Assembly: GCA_016711605.1 (NCBI GenBank)
Contig: JADJSS010000009.1
Coordinates: forward strand, 22,386 to 86,385
Direction: 5' to 3'
DNA: 64,000 nt
From: Saprospirales bacterium
GTDB lineage: Bacteria; Bacteroidota; Bacteroidia; Chitinophagales; JADIYW01
Below, in pieces: positions 46,475 through 58,354 of the stretch. The position numbers and the translations under genes are program-made. The stretch's first letter is position 1. The number at the start of each line of letters is the position of its first letter. Under the pieces are notes generated by a model, which saw nothing but the letters and a program-made list of their open reading frames with translations, was not told the DNA's origin and made no database searches.

Positions 46475-47083
46475 TTATTTAGAATAAAGTTCGACGATCA
46501 ATTGTTCTTTAATATTTTCAGGAATTTGATCTCTGTTTGGAATTTCAAGATATTTTCCTTCTAATTTTTCCGTATTCAATTCTAACCAGCCGTATCTTTT
46601 TACACTGTTTGATTTTAATGTATCTTGAACAACATCTAAGTTTTTAGATTTTTCACGGATACTAACGATATCACCAACTTTAATAGTACAAGAAGGAATA
46701 TTTAAAATTCTTCCGTTTACTGTAATGTGTTTGTGACTTACTAATTGACGAGCAGCACTACGTGTTGGTGCAAAACCTAAACGAAAAACGGTATTATCTA
46801 AACGTTGTTCTAATAAACGTAATAAGTTTTCACCTTTTACACCATGTTTACGAGAAGCTTCTTCGAATGTTTTGTAAAATTGTCTTTCTAAAACACCGTA
46901 AGTATATTTTGCTTTTTGTTTTTCTTTTAACTGAACTGCATACTCAGATTTAGTTCCTTTTTTTCTAGAATTTCCATGCTGACCTGGAGCATATTTTCTT
47001 TTTTCAAATGCTTTGTCATATCCGAAGATTGGTTCTCCGAAAGTTCTTGATTTTTTGGTACGAGGTCCTGTATATCTTGCCAT
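46475..47083 (-). CDS. rpsD: 30S ribosomal protein S4
   Basis: [19 protein letters not shown] matches the uS4 N-terminus. Confidence 0.95.
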   Translation of the reverse strand: MARYTGPRTKKSRTFGEPIFGYDKAFEKRKYAPGQHGNSRKKGTKSEYAVQLKEKQKAKYTYGVLERQFYKTFEEASRKHGVKGENLLRLLEQRLDNTVFRLGFAPTRSAARQLVSHKHITVNGRILNIPSCTIKVGDIVSIREKSKNLDVVQDTLKSNSVKRYGWLELNTEKLEGKYLEIPNRDQIPENIKEQLIVELYSK

Positions 47084-47091
47084 TTTTATTT

Positions 47092-47119
47092 AAGATTTGA
47101 GATTTAAGATTTGAGATTT
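47092..47119 (-). repeat. Phased heptads AAATCTC AAATCTT x2 (coding strand), 8 nt upstream of the rpsD ATG
   Basis: On the plus strand: AAGATTT GAGATTT AAGATTT GAGATTT. Confidence 0.75.
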
Positions 47120-47151
47120 AAAGTTCAAATACTAATCTATTATTTTATTTA

Positions 47152-47544
47152 TTATACTCTACGTTTTTTAGGTGGACGACAACCATTGTGCGGCAATGGT
47201 GTTACATCGCGTATTACGGTAACTTCGATTCCAGCGTTTCCGATTGTACGAATTGCTGATTCACGACCACCGCCTGGACCTTTCACAAATACTTCTACTT
47301 TTCTTAAACCAGCTTCGTATGCTTTAGTTCCAGCATCTTGTGCTGCCATCTGTGCTGCATAAGGTGTGCTTTTTTTAGAGCCTCTGAAACCACATTTACC
47401 AGCGCTACTCCAAGAAATAACTTGACCTGATTTATTGGTATAAGAAATGATTATGTTGTTGAAAGATGCTTTGATGTAAGTATAACCTTCGGCTTCTACT
47501 TTCACTACTCTTTTCTTTGCTGCTTTTTTTGTTGCTTGTGCCAT
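47152..47544 (-). CDS. rpsK: 30S ribosomal protein S11
   Basis: [14 protein letters not shown]...[13 protein letters not shown] matches uS11. Confidence 0.95.
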   Translation of the reverse strand: MAQATKKAAKKRVVKVEAEGYTYIKASFNNIIISYTNKSGQVISWSSAGKCGFRGSKKSTPYAAQMAAQDAGTKAYEAGLRKVEVFVKGPGGGRESAIRTIGNAGIEVTVIRDVTPLPHNGCRPPKKRRV

Positions 47545-47563
47545 TATATTAGCTTCAATTTTA

Positions 47564-47941
47564 TTATTTAGTTACTTTCTTTTTACCTGCAACCGTTTTA
47601 CGTTTTCCTTTACGTGTACGAGCATTACGTTTAGTGCTTTGTCCGTTTACTGGTAAACCTTTACGATGACGAATACCTCTGTAAGAACCGATATCCATTA
47701 AACGTTTGATGTTTAATTGAACTTCAGAACGTAAAGCACCTTCTACTTTGAATTCAGACGTGATGGCATTACGAATAGCAGTTGCTTCATCGTCATTCCA
47801 TTCGTGTACTTTTTTTTGTGGATCTACATTTGCAGTTGCTAAGATAGCTGCAGCCGATGATCTGCCGATTCCATAGATGTAAGTTAACGCTATGAAACCT
47901 CTTTTGTTTTTGGGTAGATCTATACCTGATACTCTTGCCAT
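47564..47941 (-). CDS. rpsM: 30S ribosomal protein S13
   Basis: [26 protein letters not shown] matches uS13. Confidence 0.95.
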   Translation of the reverse strand: MARVSGIDLPKNKRGFIALTYIYGIGRSSAAAILATANVDPQKKVHEWNDDEATAIRNAITSEFKVEGALRSEVQLNIKRLMDIGSYRGIRHRKGLPVNGQSTKRNARTRKGKRKTVAGKKKVTK

Positions 47942-47945
47942 TGTA

Positions 47946-48062
47946 TTATCCTTGTCTTTGTTTAAATTTTGGATTCTTTTTATTCACTACATACACTCTG
48001 CCCTTTCTGCGCACAATGATGCAGTCTTCGCTTCGTTTTTTTACGGATGCTTTTACCTTCAT
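47946..48062 (-). CDS. rpmJ: 50S ribosomal protein L36
   Basis: Hand translation of the gap between infA and rpsM gives [38 protein letters not shown] (38 aa). It is too short for the ORF track. Confidence 0.9.
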   Translation of the reverse strand: MKVKASVKKRSEDCIIVRRKGRVYVVNKKNPKFKQRQG

Positions 48063-48083
48063 GGTATTTAATTCTTTAAAAAG

Positions 48084-48302
48084 TTATTTATATCTAAATG
48101 TTATTCTTCCTCTGGAGAGATCATACGGAGAAATTTCAACCGCGACTTTGTCGCCTGGCAGAATACGAATGTAGTTCATTCTCATCTTGCCAGATATTGT
48201 AGCTAAAATTTCGTGACCGTTTTCCAACTTTACTCTGAACATTGCGTTCGATAAAGCTTCTGTGATCGTACCATCCAATTTTATTAAATCTGTCTTACCC
48301 AT
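48084..48302 (-). CDS. infA: Translation initiation factor IF-1
   Basis: 72 aa. It has [33 protein letters not shown]. Confidence 0.95.
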   Translation of the reverse strand: MGKTDLIKLDGTITEALSNAMFRVKLENGHEILATISGKMRMNYIRILPGDKVAVEISPYDLSRGRITFRYK

Positions 48303-48309
48303 AATTTTC

Positions 48310-48323
48310 GGACTGCAAATATC
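48310..48323 (-). promoter_or_regulatory. Candidate internal -7-like box GATATTTG plus CAGTCCGAAAATT directly upstream of infA
   Basis: The coding strand reads GATATTTGCAGTCCGAAAATTATG. It shares the TTTGCAGTCCRAAA word with the rpsA and rpsL upstream regions. Confidence 0.35.
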
Positions 48324-48330
48324 GTTATAA

Positions 48331-49131
48331 TTATCTAAAATCCTTAATATATTCTGACTTTTTTATAGCGTCGAATATTAAATTATGGTCACTAAGTATG
48401 TCGGCCTTTCCTCTTTTCACAACAATTGTATGTTCAAAGTGTGCGGATGGCTTTCCATCTTTAGTAATAATCGTCCATTTGTCTGCTAATGTGCGTACTT
48501 CAAAAGTACCCATATTAATCATTGGTTCAATAGCAATTACTAAACCTTCTTGCAACAATGGACCTTTTCCTCTTTTGCCGTAATTCGGAACTTGTGGATC
48601 TTCGTGTAAATCTTTTCCAACACCATGACCAACTAAATCTCTTACCACTCCATATTTATGAGTAAACTCACAATAATTTTGTATGGCATAAGCAACATCA
48701 CCAACACGATTTCCAACTACTGCTTTTTCAATTCCTAAATACAAAGAATTCAGTGTTACCTGAAGCAATTTCTTTGCTTCAGCTGAAATCTCACAGATTG
48801 GAAACGTAAAGGCAGAATCGCCATGAAATCCATCTTTATAAACACCGCAATCTATAGATAGAATATCTCCTTCTTTTATTTCTCTTTCCGATGGAAAACC
48901 ATGCACAACCTGTTCATTTATAGAAATGCAAAGAGTTGCTGGAAATCCACCATATCCTTTGAAGGATGGCTTACCACCATTATCGTTAATAAACTCTTCT
49001 GCAATTTCATCTAATTTAGATGTTTTTACACCTGGTTTTATATATTCTACCAAAAGCGCGTGCGTTTGGCTAACTAACAAAGAACTTTTACGTATATATT
49101 CAATTTCTTCTGGAGTTTTTAAATGTATCAT
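48331..49131 (-). CDS. map: Methionine aminopeptidase, type I
   Basis: 266 aa. It has metal-ligand contexts ([26 protein letters not shown]). Confidence 0.93.
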   Translation of the reverse strand: MIHLKTPEEIEYIRKSSLLVSQTHALLVEYIKPGVKTSKLDEIAEEFINDNGGKPSFKGYGGFPATLCISINEQVVHGFPSEREIKEGDILSIDCGVYKDGFHGDSAFTFPICEISAEAKKLLQVTLNSLYLGIEKAVVGNRVGDVAYAIQNYCEFTHKYGVVRDLVGHGVGKDLHEDPQVPNYGKRGKGPLLQEGLVIAIEPMINMGTFEVRTLADKWTIITKDGKPSAHFEHTIVVKRGKADILSDHNLIFDAIKKSEYIKDFR

Positions 49132-49145
49132 TTTCTCCTTTAGAA

Positions 49146-50483
49146 CTATTGATAATCGTTTGCAATGACATTTCTTCCTCTAATCTTCGCTCCGGATTTT
49201 GTCAAGCCATCATAATGACGACTCAATAAATGTGAGTTAATTTGCTGCATGGTATCTAAAACAACCGATACTAGAATCAGTAAAGAAGTACCGCCGAAGA
49301 AATAAGCAAATTGACTATTTACGCCTAAAACTTTAGCAAAAGCAGGCATAATTGCAATCAAACCTAAAAATATAGAACCTGGTAATGTAATTCTAGATAA
49401 AACAGTATCTATATATTCTGCTGTATTCGCACCTGGTTTTATACCAGGAATAAAGCCATTGCTTCGTTTTAAATCATCTGCCATTTGTACTGGATTCATG
49501 ATTAAAGCTGTATAAAAATATGTAAATAGAACTACCATTAAGAACATAATGATATTGTAAGGTAAAGATGTAAAATCTGTAACAGAACGTAAGAAGCCAG
49601 ATGCTGGACTATCCGGAAATAATTGCAAAATGGTAGTTGGAATAAATAAAAATGCTTGAGCAAAAATAATTGGCATTACACCAGCAATATTAACTTTTAA
49701 AGGTAAAAAACCTCTACGTTGCGCTGCAGCAGCATTACCACCACCAGACATTTGTTTTGCATATGTTAAAGGAACTTTTCTTATTGCTTGAATAAGCATA
49801 ATAGTTGCCATTACAACTCCAGCTAATAATGCTAATTCTAGTATAAACATTAAGATACCACTACCTGATGAGATACGTGCCTTTGCTTCTGCCCAAAATG
49901 AACCAGGTAGACGAGAAATAATGTTAGACATGATAATAATAGAAGTACCATTACCAAGTCCGCGTTCTTGAATTTGTTCACCTAACCACATAACAAAAAT
50001 AGTACCTGCGACTAAGATGAACATTGTAGAAATCGTAACTAGTGCAGTTGAAACACCTGGAGAAACAATACCTTGAGAATATAAAAACTTAGTATAAGCA
50101 AAACCTTGAACAGCTGCAACAATAACTGCTAAGTATCTTGTCCATTGATTGATTTTTTTTCTACCGGTTTCTCCTTCTTTTTGAATTTTTTGAAATTGAG
50201 GTACTGCTAAGGTTAGCAATTGCATAACGATAGAAGCGGAAATATAAGGCATAATACCTAAAGCGAAAATAGATGCTTTCGTAAAAGCACCACCTGCAAA
50301 CAAGTCAAAAACTTGGAAAATACCTTTTGCTGATCCAGCAGATAATTTCAATGGAATTACTCCAGGTAAAACTACAAAACACCCTAAACGATAGATAAAT
50401 AACAAACCTAAGGTCAAGAAAATTCTTTTTCTTAAGTCTTCTATGCTGAAGATGTTTTTTAATGTATCAAAAAATTGTTTCAT
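49146..50483 (-). CDS. secY: Preprotein translocase subunit SecY
   Basis: 445 aa, polytopic, with SIFALGIMPYISASI and other SecY blocks, at the conserved position after rplO. Confidence 0.95.
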   Translation of the reverse strand: MKQFFDTLKNIFSIEDLRKRIFLTLGLLFIYRLGCFVVLPGVIPLKLSAGSAKGIFQVFDLFAGGAFTKASIFALGIMPYISASIVMQLLTLAVPQFQKIQKEGETGRKKINQWTRYLAVIVAAVQGFAYTKFLYSQGIVSPGVSTALVTISTMFILVAGTIFVMWLGEQIQERGLGNGTSIIIMSNIISRLPGSFWAEAKARISSGSGILMFILELALLAGVVMATIMLIQAIRKVPLTYAKQMSGGGNAAAAQRRGFLPLKVNIAGVMPIIFAQAFLFIPTTILQLFPDSPASGFLRSVTDFTSLPYNIIMFLMVVLFTYFYTALIMNPVQMADDLKRSNGFIPGIKPGANTAEYIDTVLSRITLPGSIFLGLIAIMPAFAKVLGVNSQFAYFFGGTSLLILVSVVLDTMQQINSHLLSRHYDGLTKSGAKIRGRNVIANDYQ

Positions 50484-50515
50484 TTCTTAAATTATAACAT
50501 TTAGTATATTGCAAA

Positions 50516-50974
50516 CTATGCAATAATGGTTGTTGTTCCACTGTTTGCTTCAATTGCTTCTTTAGCTTTAGAACTGAATGCATGTGCAGTTACATTAAAA
50601 GCACCTTTCAATTCACCATTTGCTAAGATTTTAATTTTATCTGATTTACGAACTAATTTTAAAGTTCTGTATGTTTCAAAATTGAAATCTTTGATGTTAT
50701 TTTTTTCAGCTAATTCGCTTAATTCAGCCAAATTTAAAGTTCTAAATTCAACTCTGTTGTTATTTTTGAAACCACGTTTTGGTAGTCGACGTTGTAAAGG
50801 CATTTGACCACCTTCAAAACCTCTTTTAGATTTGTAACCAGAACGAGATTTTGCACCTTTGTGACCTTTGCCAGCTGTACCACCTGAACCAGAACCTTCA
50901 CCACGAGCAATTCGTTTGCGGTTTTTAGTAGATCCTTTTGCAGGTTTTAAATTCGTTAAACTAATGATGCTCAT
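50516..50974 (-). CDS. rplO: 50S ribosomal protein L15
   Basis: [32 protein letters not shown] matches uL15. Confidence 0.95.
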   Translation of the reverse strand: MSIISLTNLKPAKGSTKNRKRIARGEGSGSGGTAGKGHKGAKSRSGYKSKRGFEGGQMPLQRRLPKRGFKNNNRVEFRTLNLAELSELAEKNNIKDFNFETYRTLKLVRKSDKIKILANGELKGAFNVTAHAFSSKAKEAIEANSGTTTIIA

Positions 50975-50975
50975 A

Positions 50976-51155
50976 TTAAATATTTTCTACCGTTACTAAA
51001 TGTTTTACTTTAGCTACCATTCCTAATACTTGTGGTGTAGCCTCTTTTTCAACGCTTCTATTTACTTTTTGGATACCTAATGCTTTAATAGTATCTTTTT
51101 GACGTTGACTTCTATCGATTGTACTCTTAACTTGAGTGATTTTTATTTTAGACAT
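50976..51155 (-). CDS. rpmD: 50S ribosomal protein L30
   Basis: Hand translation of the rplO-rpsE gap gives [11 protein letters not shown]...[47 protein letters not shown] (about 59 aa). It is below the track cutoff, and the coordinates are good to within 1 nt. Confidence 0.8.
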   Translation of the reverse strand: MSKIKITQVKSTIDRSQRQKDTIKALGIQKVNRSVEKEATPQVLGMVAKVKHLVTVENI

Positions 51156-51159
51156 ACTC

Positions 51160-51681
51160 TTATCCGTTAAATACTTTAGTTAATTTAATTCCTCTATCTC
51201 TTGCTACTCGGAAAGGATCTCTTAATAAAGTTAATGCGTAAATAGTAGCTTTTACAACGTTATGAGGATTTGCAGAACCTAATGATTTTGCTAATACATC
51301 ATGAACACCAGCGCTTTCCAATACTGCACGCATAGAACCTCCAGCAATAACACCTGTACCTTGAGATGCAGGTTTGATTAAAACTTTTGCACCATCTGAT
51401 TCTGCTAATTGTTCGTGAGGTATTGTTCCTTTTAAAATTGGAACTTTTACCAAATTCTTTTTAGCATCATCAATTCCTTTTTGAATTGCTTCTTGTACTT
51501 CACGTGCTTTACCAAGACCGTGACCAACAGTACCATGACCATCACCAACTACTACCAATGCAGAGAAGCTAAATGTACGACCACCTTTTGTAACCTTAGC
51601 AACACGTTGGATACCTACCACTTTTTCTTTAAGCTCAAGGTCGCCTGCTGTTCTTACTTTATTTTCTTTTACTTTTGACAT
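51160..51681 (-). CDS. rpsE: 30S ribosomal protein S5
   Basis: [33 protein letters not shown] matches uS5. Confidence 0.95.
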   Translation of the reverse strand: MSKVKENKVRTAGDLELKEKVVGIQRVAKVTKGGRTFSFSALVVVGDGHGTVGHGLGKAREVQEAIQKGIDDAKKNLVKVPILKGTIPHEQLAESDGAKVLIKPASQGTGVIAGGSMRAVLESAGVHDVLAKSLGSANPHNVVKATIYALTLLRDPFRVARDRGIKLTKVFNG

Positions 51682-51702
51682 ATTTTTTATTTCTTATTGA
51701 AA

Positions 51703-52047
51703 TTAGAATTGTAAACCATTTTCTCTAGCAGCATCAGCTAATGCTTTTACTCTACCGTGATATAAAAATCCGTTTCTATCAAAAACCACTGATGTAATGT
51801 TTGCTTCTTTCGCTTTTCCAGCGATAGCTGCACCAACTGCTTTTGCTTTTTCGGTTTTTGTTCCTTTTTCTTTAAGAGAAGAAACGGAAACTACTGTTTT
51901 TTGTGTAGTATCATCAATAATTTGAGCATAGATTTCGCTGTTGCTTCTAAATACTGTTAATCGCGGACGACCAGTTGTACCAGAAAACTTTTTGCGAATG
52001 CTAAATTTTATTCTTTCTCTTCGAGATAATTTATTTGTTACTGCCAT
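51703..52047 (-). CDS. rplR: 50S ribosomal protein L18
   Basis: [20 protein letters not shown]...[21 protein letters not shown] matches uL18. Confidence 0.95.
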   Translation of the reverse strand: MAVTNKLSRRERIKFSIRKKFSGTTGRPRLTVFRSNSEIYAQIIDDTTQKTVVSVSSLKEKGTKTEKAKAVGAAIAGKAKEANITSVVFDRNGFLYHGRVKALADAARENGLQF

Positions 52048-52098
52048 GACAATACTTTTTATTTTTTATGGTTACACGTTATTTGGCGTGCTTACCGA

Positions 52099-52656
52099 TT
52101 ATTTTTTACCTGCAGATTTACCTGCTTTTTTACGCAATACTTCACCTTGGTATTTGATACCTTTTCCTTTGTAAGGTTCAGGTTTTCTTAAGCTTCTGAT
52201 TTTAGCAGCCACTTGACCGATAAGTTGTTTGTCGTTACTTTCTAAAACTATTCGAGGTGGCTGTCCTTTTTCAGAAACAGTTGATACTTTAATTTCGTCA
52301 GGTAATAAAACATAAATTGGATGAGAGAAACCTATAGATAATTCTAACAATTGTCCTTGGTTACTAGCACGAAAACCTACACCGACAACATCTAATGTTT
52401 TGGTATAACCGGTACTAGCACCAACTACCATATTGTTTATAAGTGAACGATATAAACCGTGTAATGCTTTATGACGCTTTTGCTCTGTTGGACGTTCCAA
52501 CGTAATTTTTCCGTCTTCAACTTTAACGATGATATCTCTATCAATTTTTTCGGTTAAGGTACCTCTTGGTCCTTTTACAGTGACAACGCCATTATCTGCA
52601 ACGCTCACTTCAGTTTTTGCCGGTATTGTTATTGGTAATTTTCCTACGCGTGACAT
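52099..52656 (-). CDS. rplF: 50S ribosomal protein L6
   Basis: MSRVGKLPITIPAKTEV...VKGPRGTL matches uL6. Confidence 0.95.
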   Translation of the reverse strand: MSRVGKLPITIPAKTEVSVADNGVVTVKGPRGTLTEKIDRDIIVKVEDGKITLERPTEQKRHKALHGLYRSLINNMVVGASTGYTKTLDVVGVGFRASNQGQLLELSIGFSHPIYVLLPDEIKVSTVSEKGQPPRIVLESNDKQLIGQVAAKIRSLRKPEPYKGKGIKYQGEVLRKKAGKSAGKK

Positions 52657-52666
52657 GACTTTAATT

Positions 52667-53065
52667 TTAAGATACTATGCAAATAATTTCACCACCTACT
52701 TTTAAGTTTTTAGCTTGTTTATCCGTTAAAATTCCTTTTGACGTTGATAATATAGCTACACCTAAACCATTTTTTACTCTTGGAATGCCAGCCACGTGTG
52801 CATAACGACGCAAACCTGGTTTTGACACTCTGATTAATTCTCTGATGGCTGGTTCTTTGGTTTCAGGATTGTATTTTAATGCAATCTTGATTGTTCCTTG
52901 TGGACCATCTTCTTCGAATTTGAATTTTAAGATATAACCGTTATCATGTAGGATTTCGGTTAATTTCTTTTTCATGTTAGAAGCAGGAATGTCAACGATG
53001 GTGTGCCCAGCGAGTTGTGCATTTCTGATTCTAGTTAAGAAATCTGCTATTGGATCTGTAACCAT
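52667..53065 (-). CDS. rpsH: 30S ribosomal protein S8
   Basis: [16 protein letters not shown] matches uS8. Confidence 0.95.
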   Translation of the reverse strand: MVTDPIADFLTRIRNAQLAGHTIVDIPASNMKKKLTEILHDNGYILKFKFEEDGPQGTIKIALKYNPETKEPAIRELIRVSKPGLRRYAHVAGIPRVKNGLGVAILSTSKGILTDKQAKNLKVGGEIICIVS

Positions 53066-53160
53066 TTTATTTTTTTTGTTTAGACCGCTTAGATGTGCGA
53101 CTTAAATTGTTGTCAATTCAGTTTCCCACCTTCACTTTAATTTTTAAACTAATTTATTTA

Positions 53161-53430
53161 CTACCAGCTTGCTTTGGATAATCCTGGAATTAAACCGTAG
53201 CTTGCTAAATCACGGAATTGTATTCTTGACAATCCGAAGAAGCCCATGTATCCACGTGGACGACCTGTGATTTTACATCTGTTTCTATAGCGAACTGGTG
53301 AAGCATTTTTCGGAAGCTTGTCCAATGCTGCATAGTCGCCTTCTTTTTTTAACTGATCGCGTTTTGATTTATACTTAGTGATTAATTTTAATCTCTTAGC
53401 ATCGCGTGCTTTCATTGATTCTTTTGCCAT
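53161..53430 (-). CDS. rpsN: 30S ribosomal protein S14
   Basis: [13 protein letters not shown]...[27 protein letters not shown]...SW matches uS14. Confidence 0.95.
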   Translation of the reverse strand: MAKESMKARDAKRLKLITKYKSKRDQLKKEGDYAALDKLPKNASPVRYRNRCKITGRPRGYMGFFGLSRIQFRDLASYGLIPGLSKASW

Positions 53431-53433
53431 GTT

Positions 53434-53985
53434 TTATTTTTTCTTGAATGGTAAACCAATTTCTTTTAATAATGAGTGTGCTTCGTCGTCAGTATTAGCT
53501 GTAGTCACAAAAGTGATATCCATACCGCTAATTTTAGAAATTTTATCGATATCAATTTCTGGAAAAATGATGTGCTCTGTAATACCTAATGTATAGTTAC
53601 CACGACCATCAAATGATTTCTCGTTGATGCCTTTAAAATCACGTACTTGTGGTAGTGCAACAGCCATTAATCTTTCCAAGAATTCATACATTCTTTCGCC
53701 TCTCAATGTTACACGAACACCGATTGGTAAGTCTTCTCTAAGTTTAAAGTTAGAGATAGCTTTTTTAGATTTGGTAGCTACTGCTTTTTGTCCTGCAATT
53801 CTTGATATTTCATCAATCGCGTTATCGATTAACTTTTTATCGCCAACTGCTGCGCCAACACCTTGATTGATTACAATCTTAGTCAATTTAGGCACTTGCA
53901 TTACTGATTTGTAGTTGTATTGCTTTTTCAAAGCATCTACTACTTGTTCAGTATATTTTTTCTTTAATGTAGGAATATAACTCAT
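53434..53985 (-). CDS. rplE: 50S ribosomal protein L5
   Basis: [21 protein letters not shown]...GRGNYTLGI matches uL5. Confidence 0.95.
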   Translation of the reverse strand: MSYIPTLKKKYTEQVVDALKKQYNYKSVMQVPKLTKIVINQGVGAAVGDKKLIDNAIDEISRIAGQKAVATKSKKAISNFKLREDLPIGVRVTLRGERMYEFLERLMAVALPQVRDFKGINEKSFDGRGNYTLGITEHIIFPEIDIDKISKISGMDITFVTTANTDDEAHSLLKEIGLPFKKK

Positions 53986-54323
53986 TACTTAACTATTTCT
54001 CCTGTTTTTTTAGCAATTCTTACTGTTTTTCCATCTTCAACTTTTCTACCAACACGAGTAGCGTTTCCGCCAATTGATAGCATTAAGTTAGAGATGTTAA
54101 TTGGTGCTTCTTTTTTAATGATACCACCTTGTTGGTTTGCAGCATTTGGTTTAGTGTGACGAGAAACGATACGAATTCCTTCAACCAATGCTCTGTTTTC
54201 TTTAGGAAACACTTCTAATACTTTACCACTTTTACCACGGTAATCACCTGCGATAACGATAACGGTATCTCCTTTTTTTATTTTTAATTTTGGCGCAAAA
54301 CGCTTTTGTGCTTGTGTGCTCAT
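53985..54323 (-). CDS. rplX: 50S ribosomal protein L24
   Basis: [25 protein letters not shown] (KOW motif) matches uL24. Confidence 0.93.
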   Translation of the reverse strand: MSTQAQKRFAPKLKIKKGDTVIVIAGDYRGKSGKVLEVFPKENRALVEGIRIVSRHTKPNAANQQGGIIKKEAPINISNLMLSIGGNATRVGRKVEDGKTVRIAKKTGEIVK

Positions 54324-54327
54324 AATA

Positions 54328-54696
54328 TTATAATACTTCTGGTGCTAATGAAATAATTTTCATAAAATCTTTATCTCTCAATTCTCTTGCAACAGGTCCG
54401 AAGATACGTGTGCCACGTGGCTCATCGTTGTTATTTAACAATACAACTGCATTGTCATCAAAACGGATATAAGTTCCATCTTTGCGTTTGATTTCTTTTG
54501 TTACACGAACAACTACCGCTTTAGATACTTGTTTCTTTTTTACGTTTCCACCTGGCATCGCATCTTTAACAGAAACTACGATTTTATCACCAATAGAAGC
54601 ATAACGTGCTTTTGTGCCTTTCAATACTCTGATGCAAAGTACTTCTTTGGCGCCGCTGTTATCAGCTACTCTTAATCTTGATTCTTGTTGTACCAT
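54328..54696 (-). CDS. rplN: 50S ribosomal protein L14
   Basis: [27 protein letters not shown] matches uL14. Confidence 0.95.
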   Translation of the reverse strand: MVQQESRLRVADNSGAKEVLCIRVLKGTKARYASIGDKIVVSVKDAMPGGNVKKKQVSKAVVVRVTKEIKRKDGTYIRFDDNAVVLLNNNDEPRGTRIFGPVARELRDKDFMKIISLAPEVL

Positions 54697-54698
54697 TT

Positions 54699-54977
54699 TT
54701 ATTTAGCTTTTTCAACGATTTCTACTAATCTCCATCTTTTTGTTGCACTTAATGGACGAGTTTCCATAATTTTTACGGTATCGCCGATATTGCATTCATT
54801 TTTTTCATCATGAGCATGGAATTTTTTAGTTTTCTTTAAAAACTTACCATACTTAGGATGTTTTAGCTTACGAACTACAGAAACTGTAATTGTTTTTTCC
54901 ATTTTATTAGAAGAAACTACTCCAATTCTTGTTTTTCTTAATTGTCTTTCTTTTGTTATCTCAGTTGACATTTGCAT
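54699..54977 (-). CDS. rpsQ: 30S ribosomal protein S17
   Basis: [32 protein letters not shown] matches uS17. Confidence 0.93.
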   Translation of the reverse strand: MQMSTEITKERQLRKTRIGVVSSNKMEKTITVSVVRKLKHPKYGKFLKKTKKFHAHDEKNECNIGDTVKIMETRPLSATKRWRLVEIVEKAK

Positions 54978-54981
54978 TTAT

Positions 54982-55194
54982 TTATGCTTGTTTTGATAAT
55001 TGTCTTTTTCTCAATTCTGTTTGGATGCGAGCAATGTGTTTCTTAGTTTCACCTAACACATTTGTGTTTTCCAATGGAGTGATTGCATGGTTGAAACGCA
55101 ATTTTGTTAGTTTCATTTTTGTTGCTAACAATTCGTCGTTTAAAGCTTCGTCGCTCCAAGATGTAATTTCGCTGTATGCTATTTCTGTTGCCAT
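54982..55194 (-). CDS. rpmC: 50S ribosomal protein L29
   Basis: 70 aa. LRFNHAITPLENTNVLGETKKHIARIQTELRKR sits at the uL29 position between rplP and rpsQ. Confidence 0.9.
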   Translation of the reverse strand: MATEIAYSEITSWSDEALNDELLATKMKLTKLRFNHAITPLENTNVLGETKKHIARIQTELRKRQLSKQA

Positions 55195-55208
55195 CTTTTT
55201 AATTTTTA

Positions 55209-55631
55209 TTAGTTACCGTCGTAATCTCTTCTTACAACAACTTTAGTTAATACAGGTAATTTTTGTGCTGCTAATCTCAATGATTCTTCAGCGATTTGTT
55301 TAGATACGCCTTCAATTTCAAAGATGATTCTTCCTGGTTTTACCACTGCAACCCAATGATCTAAAGAACCTTTACCTTTACCCATACGAACTTCGGCTGG
55401 TTTTTTAGTGATTGGTTTGTCGGGAAATATATTAATCCAAACTTTACCTTCACGTTTCATGTGTCTTGTTAGTGCGATACGTGCAGCTTCAATCTGACGG
55501 TCGGTTACCCAACTTTCTTCTAAAGATTTCAATCCGAATGAACCGAAAGATAATTGCGAACCTTTGTACGCAAGACCTTTCATTTTCATTTTATGAACTC
55601 TTCTAAATTTTACTCTTTTCGGTTGTAACAT
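55209..55631 (-). CDS. rplP: 50S ribosomal protein L16
   Basis: [19 protein letters not shown]...RMGKGKG matches uL16. Confidence 0.95.
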   Translation of the reverse strand: MLQPKRVKFRRVHKMKMKGLAYKGSQLSFGSFGLKSLEESWVTDRQIEAARIALTRHMKREGKVWINIFPDKPITKKPAEVRMGKGKGSLDHWVAVVKPGRIIFEIEGVSKQIAEESLRLAAQKLPVLTKVVVRRDYDGN

Positions 55632-55654
55632 GATACTAAATTATAATCTTGTTA

Positions 55655-56464
55655 TTATTTTTTTCTTGGTCCTCTATTATCTGATTTTTCACCTCTTGGT
55701 TTACCTGCTCCAGCTCCGCCTCTTCTGTCATTTCCACCACCACGTCTGTCGTCTCTTCTATCGCTACCGCGTCTTTCGCTGCTACCACCACCTTTTTTAT
55801 TCGCTTCGTCCATACCTACATTAGGTGTTAAATCGCGTTTTGTTAAGATTTCTCCTTTGCAAATCCAAACTTTTACACCGATTTTACCATAGATAGTTTC
55901 TGCTTCTTTCCAAGCGTAGTCAATATCAGCACGGAATGTATGTAATGGTGTTCTTCCTTCTTTGTATTCTTCGCTTCTAGCCATCTCAGCACCACCTAAA
56001 CGACCTGAACATTTGATTTTGATACCTTCAACACCTAAACGCATAGCTGATGCGATTGCCATTTTCACTGCACGGCGGAAATTAACACGCGCTTCTAATT
56101 GTTTGCAAACTGTTTCACCAACAATAGCTGCGTCAACTTCTGGTCTTCTTATCTCAACGATATTGATTTGAACATCTTTTTTCGTTAATTTTTTAATTTC
56201 TTCTTTAATTCGGTCAACTTCACCACCACCTTTACCGATGATGATTCCAGGACGAGCAGTATTGATAGAGATAGTAATTCTATTCAGTGTTCTTTCAATA
56301 ATAATTTTTGAAATACCGCCTTTTTGGATACGTGCATTTAAGTATTTTCGAATTTTTTGATCTTCAATCAATTTATCGCTAAAATCTTTTCCACCATACC
56401 AATTAGAATCCCATCCTCTGATGATACCTAATCTGTTTGCTATCGGGTTTGCCTTTGTGCCCAT
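55655..56464 (-). CDS. rpsC: 30S ribosomal protein S3 with an Arg/Gly-rich C-terminal tail
   Basis: [23 protein letters not shown] matches uS3. The tail reads [45 protein letters not shown]. Confidence 0.95.
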   Translation of the reverse strand: MGTKANPIANRLGIIRGWDSNWYGGKDFSDKLIEDQKIRKYLNARIQKGGISKIIIERTLNRITISINTARPGIIIGKGGGEVDRIKEEIKKLTKKDVQINIVEIRRPEVDAAIVGETVCKQLEARVNFRRAVKMAIASAMRLGVEGIKIKCSGRLGGAEMARSEEYKEGRTPLHTFRADIDYAWKEAETIYGKIGVKVWICKGEILTKRDLTPNVGMDEANKKGGGSSERRGSDRRDDRRGGGNDRRGGAGAGKPRGEKSDNRGPRKK

Positions 56465-56477
56465 TAATTAATCTATT

Positions 56478-56915
56478 TTAATTTTCGTTAGTTGAATCTT
56501 CAATTGTTGTTTCTGCATTTGCTGCATTTCTGCTAGCTAAATTCAAAGTTAAGTGGTTAGAACGTTTACGAATTCTATATGCTCTACCTTGTGGAGCTGG
56601 TTGAAATCGTTTAAGCATTCTTCCGCTATCAACTTTAATTTCTTTAATAAACAACTCGCTTTCGTCTGCTTTAGCGTTGAATTTTTGTTCCCAATTTGCT
56701 ATTGCTGAACGAAGTAATTTTTCTACCGTTTTAGACGCATGTTTGGTAGAGAAAGTTAAGATGTTAAGTGCATCAAGGATGTCTTTACCTCTTAAGATAT
56801 CTGCCAGCAATCTCATTTTTCTTGGAGAAGTTGGTACTGCTACAGCTTTCGCTTCACATGTCAACTTTTTTGCTTCTTTTCTTGCGTCTGCAACTAATTT
56901 TTTTCTTGCGCCCAT
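56478..56915 (-). CDS. rplV: 50S ribosomal protein L22
   Basis: [18 protein letters not shown]...[14 protein letters not shown] matches uL22, with the N-terminal extension I recall as typical of Bacteroidota. Confidence 0.93.
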   Translation of the reverse strand: MGARKKLVADARKEAKKLTCEAKAVAVPTSPRKMRLLADILRGKDILDALNILTFSTKHASKTVEKLLRSAIANWEQKFNAKADESELFIKEIKVDSGRMLKRFQPAPQGRAYRIRKRSNHLTLNLASRNAANAETTIEDSTNEN

Positions 56916-56923
56916 TTTACTCT

Positions 56924-57190
56924 TTATTTTCTATTACCTGAATGTCCTTTGAATTGTCTGGTTGGAGAAAACTCGCCCAATTTGTGACCTACCATATTTT
57001 CAGTTACATAAACCGGTATAAATTTATTTCCGTTGTGTACCGCAAACGTATGTCCTACGAAATCAGGTGTAATCATTGATGCTCTAGACCATGTTTTGAT
57101 TACTGTTTTTTTGCTTGCAGCATTCATAGCATCTACTTTACCTTGTAAATGGTATGCTATGTAAGGACCTTTTTTTAAACTTCTTGCCAT
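56924..57190 (-). CDS. rpsS: 30S ribosomal protein S19
   Basis: [10 protein letters not shown]...[29 protein letters not shown] matches uS19. Confidence 0.95.
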   Translation of the reverse strand: MARSLKKGPYIAYHLQGKVDAMNAASKKTVIKTWSRASMITPDFVGHTFAVHNGNKFIPVYVTENMVGHKLGEFSPTRQFKGHSGNRK

Positions 57191-57202
57191 TCTCTTAATC
57201 TA

Positions 57203-58027
57203 TTATTTTGATTTTTTTGAGATTATGTATTTACTCGATGCTTTGTTTTTGTTTCTTGTTTTGTAACCTTTAGAAGGAATACCTTTACGAGAACGTGGAT
57301 GACCACCTGAAGCTCTACCTTCACCACCACCCATTGGATGATCTACTGGATTCATCACTACTGGTCGAGTACGAGGTCTTCTGCCTTTCCAACGGTTTGC
57401 ACCTGCTTTTCCTTTAACTAATAAATTGTGATCTGAATTAGAAACCGTACCAATTGTAGCAAGACAAGTACCTAAAACCATACGTGCTTCACCTGATGGT
57501 AATTTTACAGTAACAAATTTACCATCTTTACCAGTTAACTGAGCAAAAGTACCAGCACTTCTACAAATAGAAGCACCTTTTCCAGGTTGTAATTCAATAT
57601 TGTGAACAACAGAACCTAAAGGCATTTTTGCAATTGGCAATGTGTTTCCAACTTCTGGTGCAACAGCTAAACCAGATACAATTTCTTGTCCAACTTTTAT
57701 TCCTTCTGGTGCAATGATGTATGCTTTTTCACCATCTTTATAAACCACTAATGCAATGAAAGCTGAACGGTTTGGATCGTATTCAATTGTTTTAACAGTT
57801 GCTGGAATATCGAATTTGTTTCTTTTAAAATCAACAATACGATACTGTTTTTTGTGACCGCCACCAATATAACGCATTGTCATCTCACCTTTTTGATTAC
57901 GACCACCAGAGCGTCTATTTGGAGCTAATAATGATTTTTCAGGAACATTAGTAGTAATCTCAGCGTACGAATTTGTAATTCTTGTTCGTAAACTTGGCGT
58001 TATCGGATTATATTTTTTAGTTGCCAT
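57203..58027 (-). CDS. rplB: 50S ribosomal protein L2
   Basis: [15 protein letters not shown]...[14 protein letters not shown] matches uL2. Confidence 0.95.
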   Translation of the reverse strand: MATKKYNPITPSLRTRITNSYAEITTNVPEKSLLAPNRRSGGRNQKGEMTMRYIGGGHKKQYRIVDFKRNKFDIPATVKTIEYDPNRSAFIALVVYKDGEKAYIIAPEGIKVGQEIVSGLAVAPEVGNTLPIAKMPLGSVVHNIELQPGKGASICRSAGTFAQLTGKDGKFVTVKLPSGEARMVLGTCLATIGTVSNSDHNLLVKGKAGANRWKGRRPRTRPVVMNPVDHPMGGGEGRASGGHPRSRKGIPSKGYKTRNKNKASSKYIISKKSK

Positions 58028-58052
58028 TTTTTGTGCTTTCTCGCTTTAAATA

Positions 58053-58343
58053 TTATATCTCGTTGTAGAAATCAATGATTTCGCCTTGAGCAATTTTCAC
58101 TATTGCTTTTTTATAAATTCCTTTTCTACCAGTAACAATTGCTTTTTTGGTGCTACGGTTTTTTGGTTTAGAAGCCATGATTGCGGTGTTTACTTGTTCT
58201 ACATTAACACCATACATTTTTTCTACTGCTTTTTTAATTTCTACTTTATTTGCCTTGTTACTTACCAAGAAAGTATATTTGCCAGCTTTTTCTGACAATG
58301 CAGATGCTTTTTCGGTGATCAAAGGTTTTTTTAGAATATCCAT
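58053..58343 (-). CDS. rplW: 50S ribosomal protein L23
   Basis: ILKKPLITEKAS...KVEIKKAVEKMYGVNV matches uL23. Confidence 0.93.
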   Translation of the reverse strand: MDILKKPLITEKASALSEKAGKYTFLVSNKANKVEIKKAVEKMYGVNVEQVNTAIMASKPKNRSTKKAIVTGRKGIYKKAIVKIAQGEIIDFYNEI

Positions 58344-58354
58344 TCTATTTTATT

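Noticed and set aside
50975-51160. Apparent 1-nt frameshift in rpmD (L30): my hand count gave 179 nt between start and stop.
   Set aside because: The same hand count puts the neighbouring rpsE stop 1 nt away from the ORF-track coordinate, although the track shows rpsE intact. The same 1-nt offset occurred near 17740. The discrepancy is therefore my counting of a T-run at a line break, not a lesion, and I treat rpmD as intact.
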